64,000 nucleotides of DNA from an uncultured Slackia sp. (GCF_944321625.1 NZ_CALUMA010000117.1:6311-70310), one strand, 5' to 3'. Positions 29,308 to 37,645 are shown, counted from the stretch's first letter. A program made the numbers and translations. The notes: a model not told the origin generated them from the letters alone.

Positions 29308-29799
29308 CTATTTGCGATGAGCGGCCCGCAGGCGACTCGACACAAACAGCGCCGCTGCTATTGCCGCAACCGCCACGATTGCCGTTCCCACCGCGCATAC
29401 GGCCTGCAGGTGAATCGCGGGGATGCCAACCAGCATGCCGATGATATACGACACGAGCCAAACCAGCCACACGAACGTGCTGAACGTATGGAATGACACC
29501 TGCATCGCCTCATCGCGACGGATGTACGTGACGGTCGCCCATGTCGCGTGCGCGAGCATGAGCACAATGGCGAGCGTGCCGGAAACTCCATGGATGCTAG
29601 CGCCCTGCATAACGGCTCCCTGATTTGCGATCGAGGTCATAATCAGGGTGCCCGTCGTGTCGCATGCGAGCCCCATCCAAAACAAAACCACGTGGCGCAG
29701 CGAAAGCGATCCGGCCCTTCTCTCCGAAAACACCCCCACCGTATAAAACACGAGCGCCATCGAGATGGCCGCCGTGGCCAAAACCAGTTCCAAACTCAT
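29308..29799 (-). CDS. small 4-5 TM membrane protein, tentatively HsmA/TIGR03987-like
   Basis: 163 aa, all helical, with conserved-looking His residues (IHGVSGTLAIVLMLAHATW). The family assignment is from memory only. Confidence 0.55.
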   Translation of the reverse strand: MSLELVLATAAISMALVFYTVGVFSERRAGSLSLRHVVLFWMGLACDTTGTLIMTSIANQGAVMQGASIHGVSGTLAIVLMLAHATWATVTYIRRDEAMQVSFHTFSTFVWLVWLVSYIIGMLVGIPAIHLQAVCAVGTAIVAVAAIAAALFVSSRLRAAHRK

Positions 29800-29886
29800 G
29801 CCTTCTTACCCTCTTTTCGTTTCGACTGCTTATTTCTGAACACTCGCTGTCTCTTCATGTCGCCATTTCGTTTCGATCTGCTATTT

Positions 29887-29920
29887 ATGAACTATGTTCA
29901 TTAATGAACGCTGTTCATTA
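29887..29920. promoter_or_regulatory. two adjacent palindromic operator candidates in the hsmA-like/tetR divergent region
   Basis: ATGAAC-TAT-GTTCAT (29887-29901) and TAATGAAC-GCT-GTTCATTA (29902-29920). Same half-site TGAAC/GTTCA, TetR-operator-like. Confidence 0.5.
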
Positions 29921-30035
29921 TATCCGCCTTGCATTACAATGCAAGCCATACACAACCGATTCACATCTGCTGGCATACATGCACCGCGGGCAAGCTCTTC
30001 GACATCTGTGCGATGCGGTATGCGAAGATATTGGC

Positions 30036-30125
30036 GCAAGCGCCGCGCGGGCGAACCCCTTGACAGCCTTTCTTGGCTCAACTGGTTCATCAAGATGTTG
30101 GGCAAGCGCCGCGCGGGCGAACCCC
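30036..30125 (+). repeat. two perfect 24-bp direct repeats in the tetR leader
   Basis: GCAAGCGCCGCGCGGGCGAACCCC at 30036-30059 and 30102-30125. Confidence 0.95.
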
Positions 30126-30142
30126 GCAAACGAAAGGGAGCC

Positions 30143-30736
30143 ATGGGAAACAAGCCCACCATATCCAAGGAAATCATTCTCGATGCCGCCTGCCAGCTTG
30201 CAAGCGAGAAAGGCGCCGGAGCGTTGAACATTCGCTCCGTGGCCTCGCGATGCGGCGTTGCGGTAGGGTCGGTATACAACTACTATCCGAACAAATCCGA
30301 GCTCGTGGCTGATGCCGTCGAAAAGTTCTGGCGCAATTCCATCCCCCACGACCAGCTTGCACGCGCCGAGGAAGTCGTAGATGGCGGTTTCGTCGACTTT
30401 TGCCGCGACGCAATGGAAAGCCTGCGGGAGCCCTTAGCGGTATTCCGCGAAACCTGGCTGTCCAACCAGGGAAAACTCGATGTTCGCGACATAAAGACGA
30501 GCCGCGAACGCGAAGACGCCTGCTTCAGGCACATTCGTGCAGGCATACTCTGCGCGCTTCAGCGCGACCGGGCCGTCGATCGGTCTATCTTCGGAAGCGC
30601 GTTAAGCGAGGAGCAGCTCTGCGACTGGATATGGGACTCGATATTCGAAGGGTTGCGACGCGGCGACACGGCCAATGAGGCTCTCTTTGCAGTGCTCGAG
30701 CGCGCGTTGTATGGTAAAAAGTCCCGAGTCGAGTAA
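30143..30736 (+). CDS. TetR/AcrR family transcriptional regulator
   Basis: GGGAG RBS before MGNKPTISKEIILDAACQLASEKGAGALNIRSVASRCGVAVGSVYNYYPNKSEL (TetR_N HTH). Track start 29894 trimmed. Confidence 0.85.
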   Translation: MGNKPTISKEIILDAACQLASEKGAGALNIRSVASRCGVAVGSVYNYYPNKSELVADAVEKFWRNSIPHDQLARAEEVVDGGFVDFCRDAMESLREPLAVFRETWLSNQGKLDVRDIKTSREREDACFRHIRAGILCALQRDRAVDRSIFGSALSEEQLCDWIWDSIFEGLRRGDTANEALFAVLERALYGKKSRVE

Positions 30737-30742
30737 GCGGAC

Positions 30743-30945
30743 CGAGCCGTTCGCGCGGGGGACGACCGGACTTCGCAGGCGGTCGCGACCACGCTGGCCG
30801 AGCCGAGCCGTTCGCGCGGGGGACGGCCATCCCGCACGACCTTCTTCGCTCATTTAACCGGGCCAAGCGTTCGCGCGCGAGGGCGGCGGCATCGTGGGCC
30901 GCGCGTTCGATTTCGAGTCGTCCAAGCAGTTCGCGCGCGGGGCCG
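30743..30945 (+). repeat. four GC-rich repeats with about 60-bp periodicity downstream of tetR
   Basis: GTTCGCGCG(G/C)G(G/A)GG cores start at 30749, 30810, 30869 and 30929. They are roughly reverse-complementary to the tetR-leader repeats. Confidence 0.8.
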
Positions 30946-31109
30946 GCGAGCCCGCATTCACCGCTCGAATGCCCGACTCCCGCGGGCTCACATTCGTCGC
31001 TCGATCACCTCGACCCCCCCCCCGCGGGCATCACATTCGTCGCTTGAGCACCCGGTCCTCGTCGGCATCACATCCGCCGCTCGACCTTCCGAAGGGCACC
31101 GGAAACGAA

Positions 31110-31141
31110 AATGCGGACGCGGGATGCCCGACGTCCGCATT
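31110..31141. terminator. hairpin between convergent tetR and nagA
   Basis: 10-bp stem AATGCGGACG / CGTCCGCATT. The minus strand is followed by TTTCGTTTCC. Confidence 0.6.
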
Positions 31142-31272
31142 CATGTTTCTGGAAATCATGTTTCTGGAAAACCTCGTACGCATCAATGCCACGGGTCGCG
31201 CTGATCAAGACGTTCGGCTTTGCGACCCGGCGCCCGCGCCGCATCTCCTATCACACGCCAGACAGCCGCGCG

Positions 31273-32421
31273 CTACGCGATGCGCTCGCCGCGCAGAATA
31301 ACGGCGCGAATCTCAAGCGTCTTCATATCGAGCAGCACCAGATCAGCCACCTTGCCGGCCTCAAGCGACCCGCGATCGGAATCCACCCCGATTGCACGGG
31401 CAGGGTTGATCGTAGCCGCACGCACAGCCATCTCAAGCGGCACGCCCATATCGCGCACGGCCGTGACCAGACATCCCATAAGATCGGTGGCGCTGCCGGC
31501 GATGGTGCCGTCATGAAGCGTCGCGCGGTTGCCGCGCACCGTGACGGCCTGACCGCCCAGGCTGTACTCGCCGTCGGGCATGCCAGTCGCCTCCATGGAA
31601 TCGCTAATGAGGATCATATGGTCGGACCCGAACAGCTTGAACGCGCTGCGCACCGAAGACGGATGGATATGCACGCCATCGGCGATGATTTCGGGCGTGG
31701 CGCCCGCATCAGCAGCGGCACCGATCACGCCCGGCTCGCGATGATGAAGCGGCGGCATGGCGTTGAACAGGTGCGTCAGATGCTTGGCGCCGCGGCGGTA
31801 TGCCTCACGCGCGATGTCGTAATCCGCACACGTATGTGCGATGGACACACGCACCTCATCGGCCACTTCGTCGACAAACTCCAACGCTCCAGGTTCTTCG
31901 GGGGCAATATCCACCAGCTTGATAAGCCCGCCCGACGCCTCCTGCAGGCGTCGGAACATGCCCGCATCGCACGCCTGCACATACGCCGGATTTTGCGCCC
32001 CCACTTTATTTGGGCTGATGAAGGGGCCTTCCATGTTGATTCCCACAAGCGCGGCGGCGTTAGCGGGAGCAACGTATTCGGCGGCGGTGCGCATGATGCC
32101 CTCGAGTTTTTCCTCGGGATACGTCATGGTGGTGCCGCACCACGATGTTACGCCGCGCGATGCCTCGTAGCGGCAGATGGCCTCGATCGACTCGACTGAG
32201 CCATCGCAAAAATCGTGACCCACCGCGCCGTGGGAATGGATGTCGATCAAGCCGGGGATTGCGTAGCAGCCCCAGCCATCGAGCGTCTCGCCAAAATCCT
32301 CCTCGTCAAGGATGTCCGCCGTGCCGCGCGAAAGCAGCGCGGAAATCTTTCCATCTTTCAAAATGATGTCGCGCGATGCAAACTCACGCCCATCAAACGC
32401 TTGAACATCAGCAATGATCAT
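31273..32421 (-). CDS. nagA: N-acetylglucosamine-6-phosphate deacetylase
   Basis: Amidohydrolase motifs GLIDIHSHGAVGHDF and HLFNAMPPLHHREPG. Confidence 0.9.
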   Translation of the reverse strand: MIIADVQAFDGREFASRDIILKDGKISALLSRGTADILDEEDFGETLDGWGCYAIPGLIDIHSHGAVGHDFCDGSVESIEAICRYEASRGVTSWCGTTMTYPEEKLEGIMRTAAEYVAPANAAALVGINMEGPFISPNKVGAQNPAYVQACDAGMFRRLQEASGGLIKLVDIAPEEPGALEFVDEVADEVRVSIAHTCADYDIAREAYRRGAKHLTHLFNAMPPLHHREPGVIGAAADAGATPEIIADGVHIHPSSVRSAFKLFGSDHMILISDSMEATGMPDGEYSLGGQAVTVRGNRATLHDGTIAGSATDLMGCLVTAVRDMGVPLEMAVRAATINPARAIGVDSDRGSLEAGKVADLVLLDMKTLEIRAVILRGERIA

Positions 32422-32553
32422 AGCATCCCTCCCGATTCTTCTACATATGCGCCGCAGCGCGAGTCAACGATACCGAGTAGCGCTTTTATGTTGCAAAAAA
32501 CCGCTTCCTCGCCGCAAGAAGCGCCCCCACATTACGAGAAACGCCCCCATGTT

Positions 32554-32699
32554 GCAACAAACGGCGATTTGCTGCAGTTTTCGGATACCCCTTCGAGTAG
32601 CCCAATTCATGCGACGCCGTGACCTGGGGAAACGCGAAGCCTGACGGCGGTGTACTCGGGGCACCTCGCGAAAACTGCAGCAAATCGCCGTTTGTTTGC
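32554..32699. repeat. inverted-repeat pair (about 30-nt arms, about 85-nt spacer) in the nagB-nagA spacer
   Basis: GCAACAAACGGCGATTTGCTGCAGTTTTCG (32554-32583) versus CGAAAACTGCAGCAAATCGCCGTTTGTTTGC (32669-32699), differing by one indel. Confidence 0.9.
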
Positions 32700-32866
32700 G
32701 AGACGACTTTTACGCGGTTGCGAAACGACGTTTCTGGTGCGGCAAATCGCCGTTCGTTTGCAAGGCGACGTTTGCGCGGTTGTGAAACGACGTTTGCGCG
32801 GTTCCGAGACGACGCCTGTACGGTTGCGGAGCGACGTTTATGCTGCGGCAAATCGCCGCTTCATGC
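32678..32866 (+). repeat. degenerate tandem array of about nine 19-22-bp units
   Basis: Units such as GAGACGACTTTTACGCGGTTGC, GAAACGACGTTTGCGCGGTTCC and GGCAAATCGCCGTTCGTTTGC. A mirrored, more decayed array lies at about 32460-32583. Confidence 0.75.
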
Positions 32867-32959
32867 AATCAAGCTTGGTTTCACGGTCGCGTCTTGCGGT
32901 GCTGCCTTAATGATCCTGCGGCATAAAAAGGGCGACGCCTTGCGCCGCCCTCCGTGGAA

Positions 32960-33850
32960 CTACTCGTTGTGGTGCTTACCGCAGCACTCGCCCTCCGCAG
33001 GCGGATTGCCGTGATGATGACGGCGGCAATCCTCGTCGCCGTGCTCATGAGCGCCACCACAGCATTCTTCGTCGTCGCCATGATGATGGCCGCAGCCGCA
33101 TTCGTCCACCATCTGGGCGACGTCGCCGCACTTGGAGAAAGCGGCCTCGTCCACCACCGCGATGGCGTTGGGGTGGAACTGCAGAATGGAAGCGGGAACC
33201 TTGGGCGTCACGGGGCCGTAGAACACCTCGCGCACGATGTCGGCCTTGTCCTCGCCGGACACCACCAGCAGAATCTGCTTGGCGGCCATGATGGTGCCGA
33301 TACCCATGGTGTATGCCTGGCGCGGCACCTCGTCGGCGGAGTTGAACAGGCGGCTGTTGGCCTGGATGGTGCTTTCGGTGAGGTCCACGCAGTTGGTTTC
33401 CTTGGTGAACTCGTCGGCGGGCTCGTTGAAGCCGATGTGGCCGTTGTGGCCCAGGCCCAGAAGCTGCAGGTCAATGCCGCCGGCCAGCAGGATGGATGCT
33501 TCGTAGGCCTCGCAGGCGGCGTCGGCATCGGGGTTGGCGCCGTTGGGCACATGCGTGTTCTCGGGACGCACGTTCACGTGATCGAACAGGTGCTTCTGCA
33601 TGAAGTAGCGGTAGCTCTGCTCATGCTGCGGGTCGAGGCCGCGATACTCGTCCAGGTTGAAGGTGGCGACGCGAGAAAAATCGAGCTCGCCTTCCTCGAA
33701 ACGGCGCACGAGCTCAGCATACAGACCCTCGGGCGTAGAACCGGTGGCCAGACCCAACACGCAGCCGGGCTTTTCCGCAACCAGATCGGCGATGATATCG
33801 GCCGCAGCCTCGCTCATTTCCTGATAATCCTTGGTAACGTAGATTTCCAT
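32960..33850 (-). CDS. nagB: glucosamine-6-phosphate deaminase with C-terminal Cys/His-rich tail
   Basis: AAAGGGGA RBS before MEIYVTKDYQEMSEAAADII...GLATGSTP...LLGLGHNGHIGFNEP. It ends in CGCGHHHGDDEECCGGAHEHGDEDCRRHHHGNPPAEGECCGKHHNE. The track ORF up to 34294 is an artefactual extension. Confidence 0.9.
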   Translation of the reverse strand: MEIYVTKDYQEMSEAAADIIADLVAEKPGCVLGLATGSTPEGLYAELVRRFEEGELDFSRVATFNLDEYRGLDPQHEQSYRYFMQKHLFDHVNVRPENTHVPNGANPDADAACEAYEASILLAGGIDLQLLGLGHNGHIGFNEPADEFTKETNCVDLTESTIQANSRLFNSADEVPRQAYTMGIGTIMAAKQILLVVSGEDKADIVREVFYGPVTPKVPASILQFHPNAIAVVDEAAFSKCGDVAQMVDECGCGHHHGDDEECCGGAHEHGDEDCRRHHHGNPPAEGECCGKHHNE

Positions 33851-34202
33851 GGATCCCCTTTCATATTGGAAGCGTAGGAGCATTGGTAACATGATAGTGC
33901 GAATCTTCGCATAGCTGCCGCCCGCCGCCAATACATTCCTCGCCCAAAGCGCAAAAAGGGCGTACCGCGGTAGTGCGCCCTTCCAGAGAAAGAAATGCGC
34001 AATGCAATTGCGACACAAGTATGCATCGTGCAGCAAGCAGGAACCGGCGCAAACGCCTTGCCCGCCGCACCCAACCCAAACACACGCAACATATCTGCCC
34101 AACAAGATGGATACACTCCCCTGGTATGATTGACCCCAACCAGACACCCAGCGCCCGGCCCCGCCCAAGGAGCGCGGGCAAAGGCGCATAAGGAGGAATC
34201 CC

Positions 34203-34850
34203 ATGAACCCGCAGATCGACGCATTCGTGTTTGACATGGATGGCACTCTCTTGGATACGCTGCCCGACCTGGTGGATGTGACCAACGACACCATGGAGCA
34301 CTTTGGCTATCCCACGCACACCTCCGATGAAATCCTGCGCATGGTGGGCAACGGCCTGCGCTCGCTCATCACGCAGGCCATGCCCCAGGGGCTCGAGAAA
34401 GAGGCGGCCGACGCGTGCATCGCCTACTGGAAAGCACTCTACGACGAACGCGGCGACGTGAAAACGCAGGTATACGCCGGCATGATGGACGTGCTGCATA
34501 CGCTCAAAGCACAGGGCAAGAAGCTTGCGGTGCTCTCCAATAAATACGATGCCGGCACCAAGCTTATGACCAATCACTATTTCGCCGACGTAATGGATAT
34601 GGCGATGGGCGAAGGCCCCGTGCCGCGCAAGCCCGACCCCACGGGGCTCTTGCGCGTGGCGGAAGAGCTTGCAGTGCCTATCGAACGCGTGGCATATGTG
34701 GGCGATTCTCACACCGATGTGGAGGCAGCTCAACGCGCCGGAGCTTTCGCAGTAGCAGTGACCTGGGGATATCAGCCTCGCGAGCGGCTCGAGGCCGCAA
34801 GACCCGATGCATGGGCGGAATCACCAGCCGACTTGCTGTCACTCGCATAA
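34203..34850 (+). CDS. HAD-superfamily hydrolase (phosphoglycolate phosphatase-like)
   Basis: DAFVFDMDGTLLDT motif I, LSNK motif II, and YVGDSHTDVEAAQRAG motifs III/IV. Confidence 0.85.
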   Translation: MNPQIDAFVFDMDGTLLDTLPDLVDVTNDTMEHFGYPTHTSDEILRMVGNGLRSLITQAMPQGLEKEAADACIAYWKALYDERGDVKTQVYAGMMDVLHTLKAQGKKLAVLSNKYDAGTKLMTNHYFADVMDMAMGEGPVPRKPDPTGLLRVAEELAVPIERVAYVGDSHTDVEAAQRAGAFAVAVTWGYQPRERLEAARPDAWAESPADLLSLA

Positions 34851-35064
34851 CCCAACGTTTTTCGACCCGGACCGTTCGGCACGGATAGATTCGCCCAGCA
34901 TTGTACGCCACGGGGACGCCGACGTGGTGGGCCTCCCAGGCGCCCACGTTCGACGCGAATAGATTCGCCCAGCATTGCACGCCCCTCCGGCATGGAGAAG
35001 CCCAGCGCAGCCCCGGCGTTGTGCGCCCACCCCTTGCACCGCCCCCTCGACATGGAAGGACCCC

Positions 35065-36231
35065 ATGCACCCTAGTCGTCAGATGACTTTCCCCTTGACG
35101 GAAAACAGCTCGATTATCCACCGCATTTCGCTTGCCTTTATGACGGCACTTGCGCTCTGCTTTGCACTTGCAGGATGCTCCTCCGCCAGCGAGCCCGAAC
35201 CTGCGCCCCCGACGGGCGAGGCCGCTGTAGTTGTTGAGGATTTGCCCGAATACGACGGCACACTGTGTTTGGAGGTCAACGACGGGCAGCCCGGTTTCAC
35301 CGATGGGGAAGTGGCCCAGGCGCAAGACGCCGTAGAGCACGGTCAGACTGTCGAACGCTACAGCACGCTCGACGACCTGGGTCGATGCGTCACCGCCTAC
35401 GCCGTCATAGACTCCAACACCATGCCTACTGGTGAGCGCGGCGATATATCCGCCGTTCATCCCAGCGGGTGGAACCAAAAGTTCTATGACTTCGTGGACG
35501 AAGAGGCTCTCTACAACCGCAGCCATCTGATTGGCTGGCAGCTGGCCGGCGAAGACGCCAACGAGCGCAACCTTATCACCGGCACGCGCGAAATGAACGC
35601 GGCAGGCATGCTGCCTTACGAGAACATGATCGCCGACTATGTGAATGAAACGGGCGGCGAGGTGCTGTACCGCGTGACCCCGTGGTTCGAAGGCGACGAG
35701 CTTGTGGCGCGGGGCGTGCAGATGGAGGCGCAATCGCTCGACGACGGAGGGGCGGCCGTGAGCTTCAACGTGTTCGTGTACAATGTTGAGCCCGGCGTGT
35801 CCATCGACTACACGGATGGCTCCAGCCATGCGTCGAACGAGGTGTCGCAGGTGGAGCGCTTCGTGGGCGCAATCGATCCCGACGGGTCGATTTCAGACGC
35901 CCCCGAAGCCGATCCGCGCTACGACCACGATGCCTGGGGTTCGACGACAAGCGAGAAGGAAGCCGGAAGCAGCGGCAATGATGGAGGCAGCGCTTCGGGT
36001 GCGGCCGGCGCTCAACCCGATGCATCAGAAGGCGCAGGCGCGAGCGACCCCGATGGATCCGCTCGCAATGCGCAGGGCACATACGTGCTCAATACCAACA
36101 CGATGAAGTTCCACTACCCCACCTGTCCTTCGGCTGAGGAGACCGAGCCCGACAACCGACAGAATTACGAGGGCAGCCGCCAAGACCTCATCAATCAGGG
36201 GTTCGAGCCTTGCGGCAGGTGCAAACCGTAG
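35065..36231 (+). CDS. secreted lipoprotein DNA/RNA non-specific endonuclease (EndA/DNA-entry nuclease-like) with C-terminal Cys4-type tail
   Basis: GGAAGGA RBS and lipobox FALAGCSS. Core DDLGRC...YNRSHLIGWQLAGEDANERNLITGTREMN matches the beta-beta-alpha-Me nuclease family. Tail: KFHYPTCPS...CGRCKP. Confidence 0.75.
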   Translation: MHPSRQMTFPLTENSSIIHRISLAFMTALALCFALAGCSSASEPEPAPPTGEAAVVVEDLPEYDGTLCLEVNDGQPGFTDGEVAQAQDAVEHGQTVERYSTLDDLGRCVTAYAVIDSNTMPTGERGDISAVHPSGWNQKFYDFVDEEALYNRSHLIGWQLAGEDANERNLITGTREMNAAGMLPYENMIADYVNETGGEVLYRVTPWFEGDELVARGVQMEAQSLDDGGAAVSFNVFVYNVEPGVSIDYTDGSSHASNEVSQVERFVGAIDPDGSISDAPEADPRYDHDAWGSTTSEKEAGSSGNDGGSASGAAGAQPDASEGAGASDPDGSARNAQGTYVLNTNTMKFHYPTCPSAEETEPDNRQNYEGSRQDLINQGFEPCGRCKP

Positions 36232-36487
36232 CCTTTACGGGCTGGCCGATTCCGCCATGGTCGGGCTCGAGCGGCAGAATCTTTGGGCATCCGAGCGGCA
36301 GCGGCCGACTCCGCCGCAGTCGAATTCGAGCCTTGCGGCAGGCACGAACCGTAATCGAAAGAGGCAGGCATAAACCGTAATCGAAAGAGGCCAGCGCGAA
36401 AGGAGCGCCGCAAGCATAAGCCGAGCCGACTTTCTGATACGGCCGCATGAGTCGAGGCGCCTTTCGGCACCTTTGCTGGCGTTGATC

Positions 36488-37543
36488 CTATCCCCTCACG
36501 CGGTTGTATGACGCGTCGGCGTCGAGCGCAACGATGAGCGATTGGCGTAGCTGATCGAGGTTTTCCTCAGCACAGGGGAATACCAGCACGCGAACATCCT
36601 GCTGGTATTTCACGTCGGCATACACGTCCGGATCGCCCAGACCTATGAAATCCGCGCGAATGGCAACGCCCATATTGGAGGATGCGCCCACGTATACGTC
36701 GCGGAACTTGCCGTAATCGTCCTGCTTGACCCCCTTGCCAAACGTGAGCACCACATAGCAGCCTGGATATGCGAGATAACCCGCAGAGGATGCTGCTCCG
36801 TGCCCTTGCGGTTGCGATTGCAAACCGAAAGCATCAGTGGACACGCTTGCCGTCGAAGCGCCCGACTGGGCGACAAATGCGTGCTGATTCCAGTTCTCGA
36901 AGAACTTCTTGGGCGTCAAGCGCACGCCCGCGCCCTCCAAAACCACGCGCCTAGCTTCACGGCGGGCCTTTTCCTCATCGCGCGCTGCTGCGGCATTTTT
37001 GACCTTTGCGGCGGCGCCGTGGGCAACCGAACCAGCGGCTCCGGCAGCGATGCCCGCAACGCCGACGGCCTTGCCCGCTGCCCCTTTGAGCGTCTCGCGC
37101 GCTTTACCGAATCCACCGCCAAACGCGTGACCAGCCTTTTCGAACGCGCCAGGAGCCGCTTTGGCAGCGCCCGCCCCCGCATCGCGAGCAACCTTGGCGG
37201 CATGCGAGCCGGCATCTTTGGCGACGCCCACCACTTTATTCACAAGCTCAGGGTTCTTTTCAACGGCATCCTTTACCTTGGGAATCGCCTTTTGCATGGC
37301 GGGAATTGCAGCCGCAGCAACTTTTGCCGCGCCGGAGGCTGCGGTTTTTCCGGGCCCGGGAATTGGCGCGCGGTCTATGACCACAGCGGCAATGCCGAGA
37401 ATTCCCGCGATTGCCTTGGCGTAATCCTCTGCCGTTCTTTCAGTAGGCGGTCGGTCGCAAGAGGAGTCGTTTTCAGATGCCATCGCCTCAACCGGCTGAA
37501 CCTTCTCGATATCCCTCGTATTGTTCTGCGCGTACGATTCCAT
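36488..37543 (-). CDS. hypothetical protein (Ala/Lys-rich repetitive N-half, possible GIY-YIG-like C-terminal domain)
   Basis: Start at MESYAQ (37543). The central region has AAKVA/AGKAV-type repeats. The C-terminus PGCYVVLTF...DVYVGASSNMGVAIRADF...CAEENL loosely recalls GIY-(n)-YxG...R...E. Confidence 0.5.
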   Translation of the reverse strand: MESYAQNNTRDIEKVQPVEAMASENDSSCDRPPTERTAEDYAKAIAGILGIAAVVIDRAPIPGPGKTAASGAAKVAAAAIPAMQKAIPKVKDAVEKNPELVNKVVGVAKDAGSHAAKVARDAGAGAAKAAPGAFEKAGHAFGGGFGKARETLKGAAGKAVGVAGIAAGAAGSVAHGAAAKVKNAAAARDEEKARREARRVVLEGAGVRLTPKKFFENWNQHAFVAQSGASTASVSTDAFGLQSQPQGHGAASSAGYLAYPGCYVVLTFGKGVKQDDYGKFRDVYVGASSNMGVAIRADFIGLGDPDVYADVKYQQDVRVLVFPCAEENLDQLRQSLIVALDADASYNRVRG

Positions 37544-37603
37544 AACAGCTCCGTTCCTGGCGTTAGTCGCTCGCTCGCCTCGGCACACGTCCCAGAGGAG
37601 GCG

Positions 37604-37645
37604 CGGCACTCGGCACTCGGCACCCGGCACTCGGCACTCGGCACT
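37604..37645. repeat. heptanucleotide tandem repeat (CGGCACT)x6
   Basis: Six contiguous units, one of them the variant CGGCACC, lying 61-102 nt upstream of the start codon at 37543. Confidence 0.95.

Noticed and set aside
30743-30945. Four repeats with about 60-bp periodicity downstream of tetR, which looked CRISPR-like in spacing.
   Set aside because: The conserved core is only about 16 nt and is degenerate (GTTCGCGCGGGGGACG versus GTTCGCGCGCGAGGGCG). The copies decay rapidly. Related copies occur singly elsewhere, and no cas genes or leader are nearby. They are better described as REP-like GC-rich repeats.
33851-34294. N-terminal 148-aa extension of the nagB ORF (track ORF 32960-34294).
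   Set aside because: The extension has no homology. The canonical NagB N-terminus MEIYVTKDY starts at 33850 with a good RBS, and the extension overlaps the promoter region and the start of the divergent HAD gene.
36232-36487. Patchwork of short duplications after the nuclease gene (GGCCGA(T/C)TCCGCC x2, AACCGTAATCGAAAGAGGC x2, and a copy of the gene's last 29 nt).
   Set aside because: They are consistent with local slippage or duplication debris in a convergent intergenic region, with no ORF or convincing structure. They are mentioned only under the nuclease finding.
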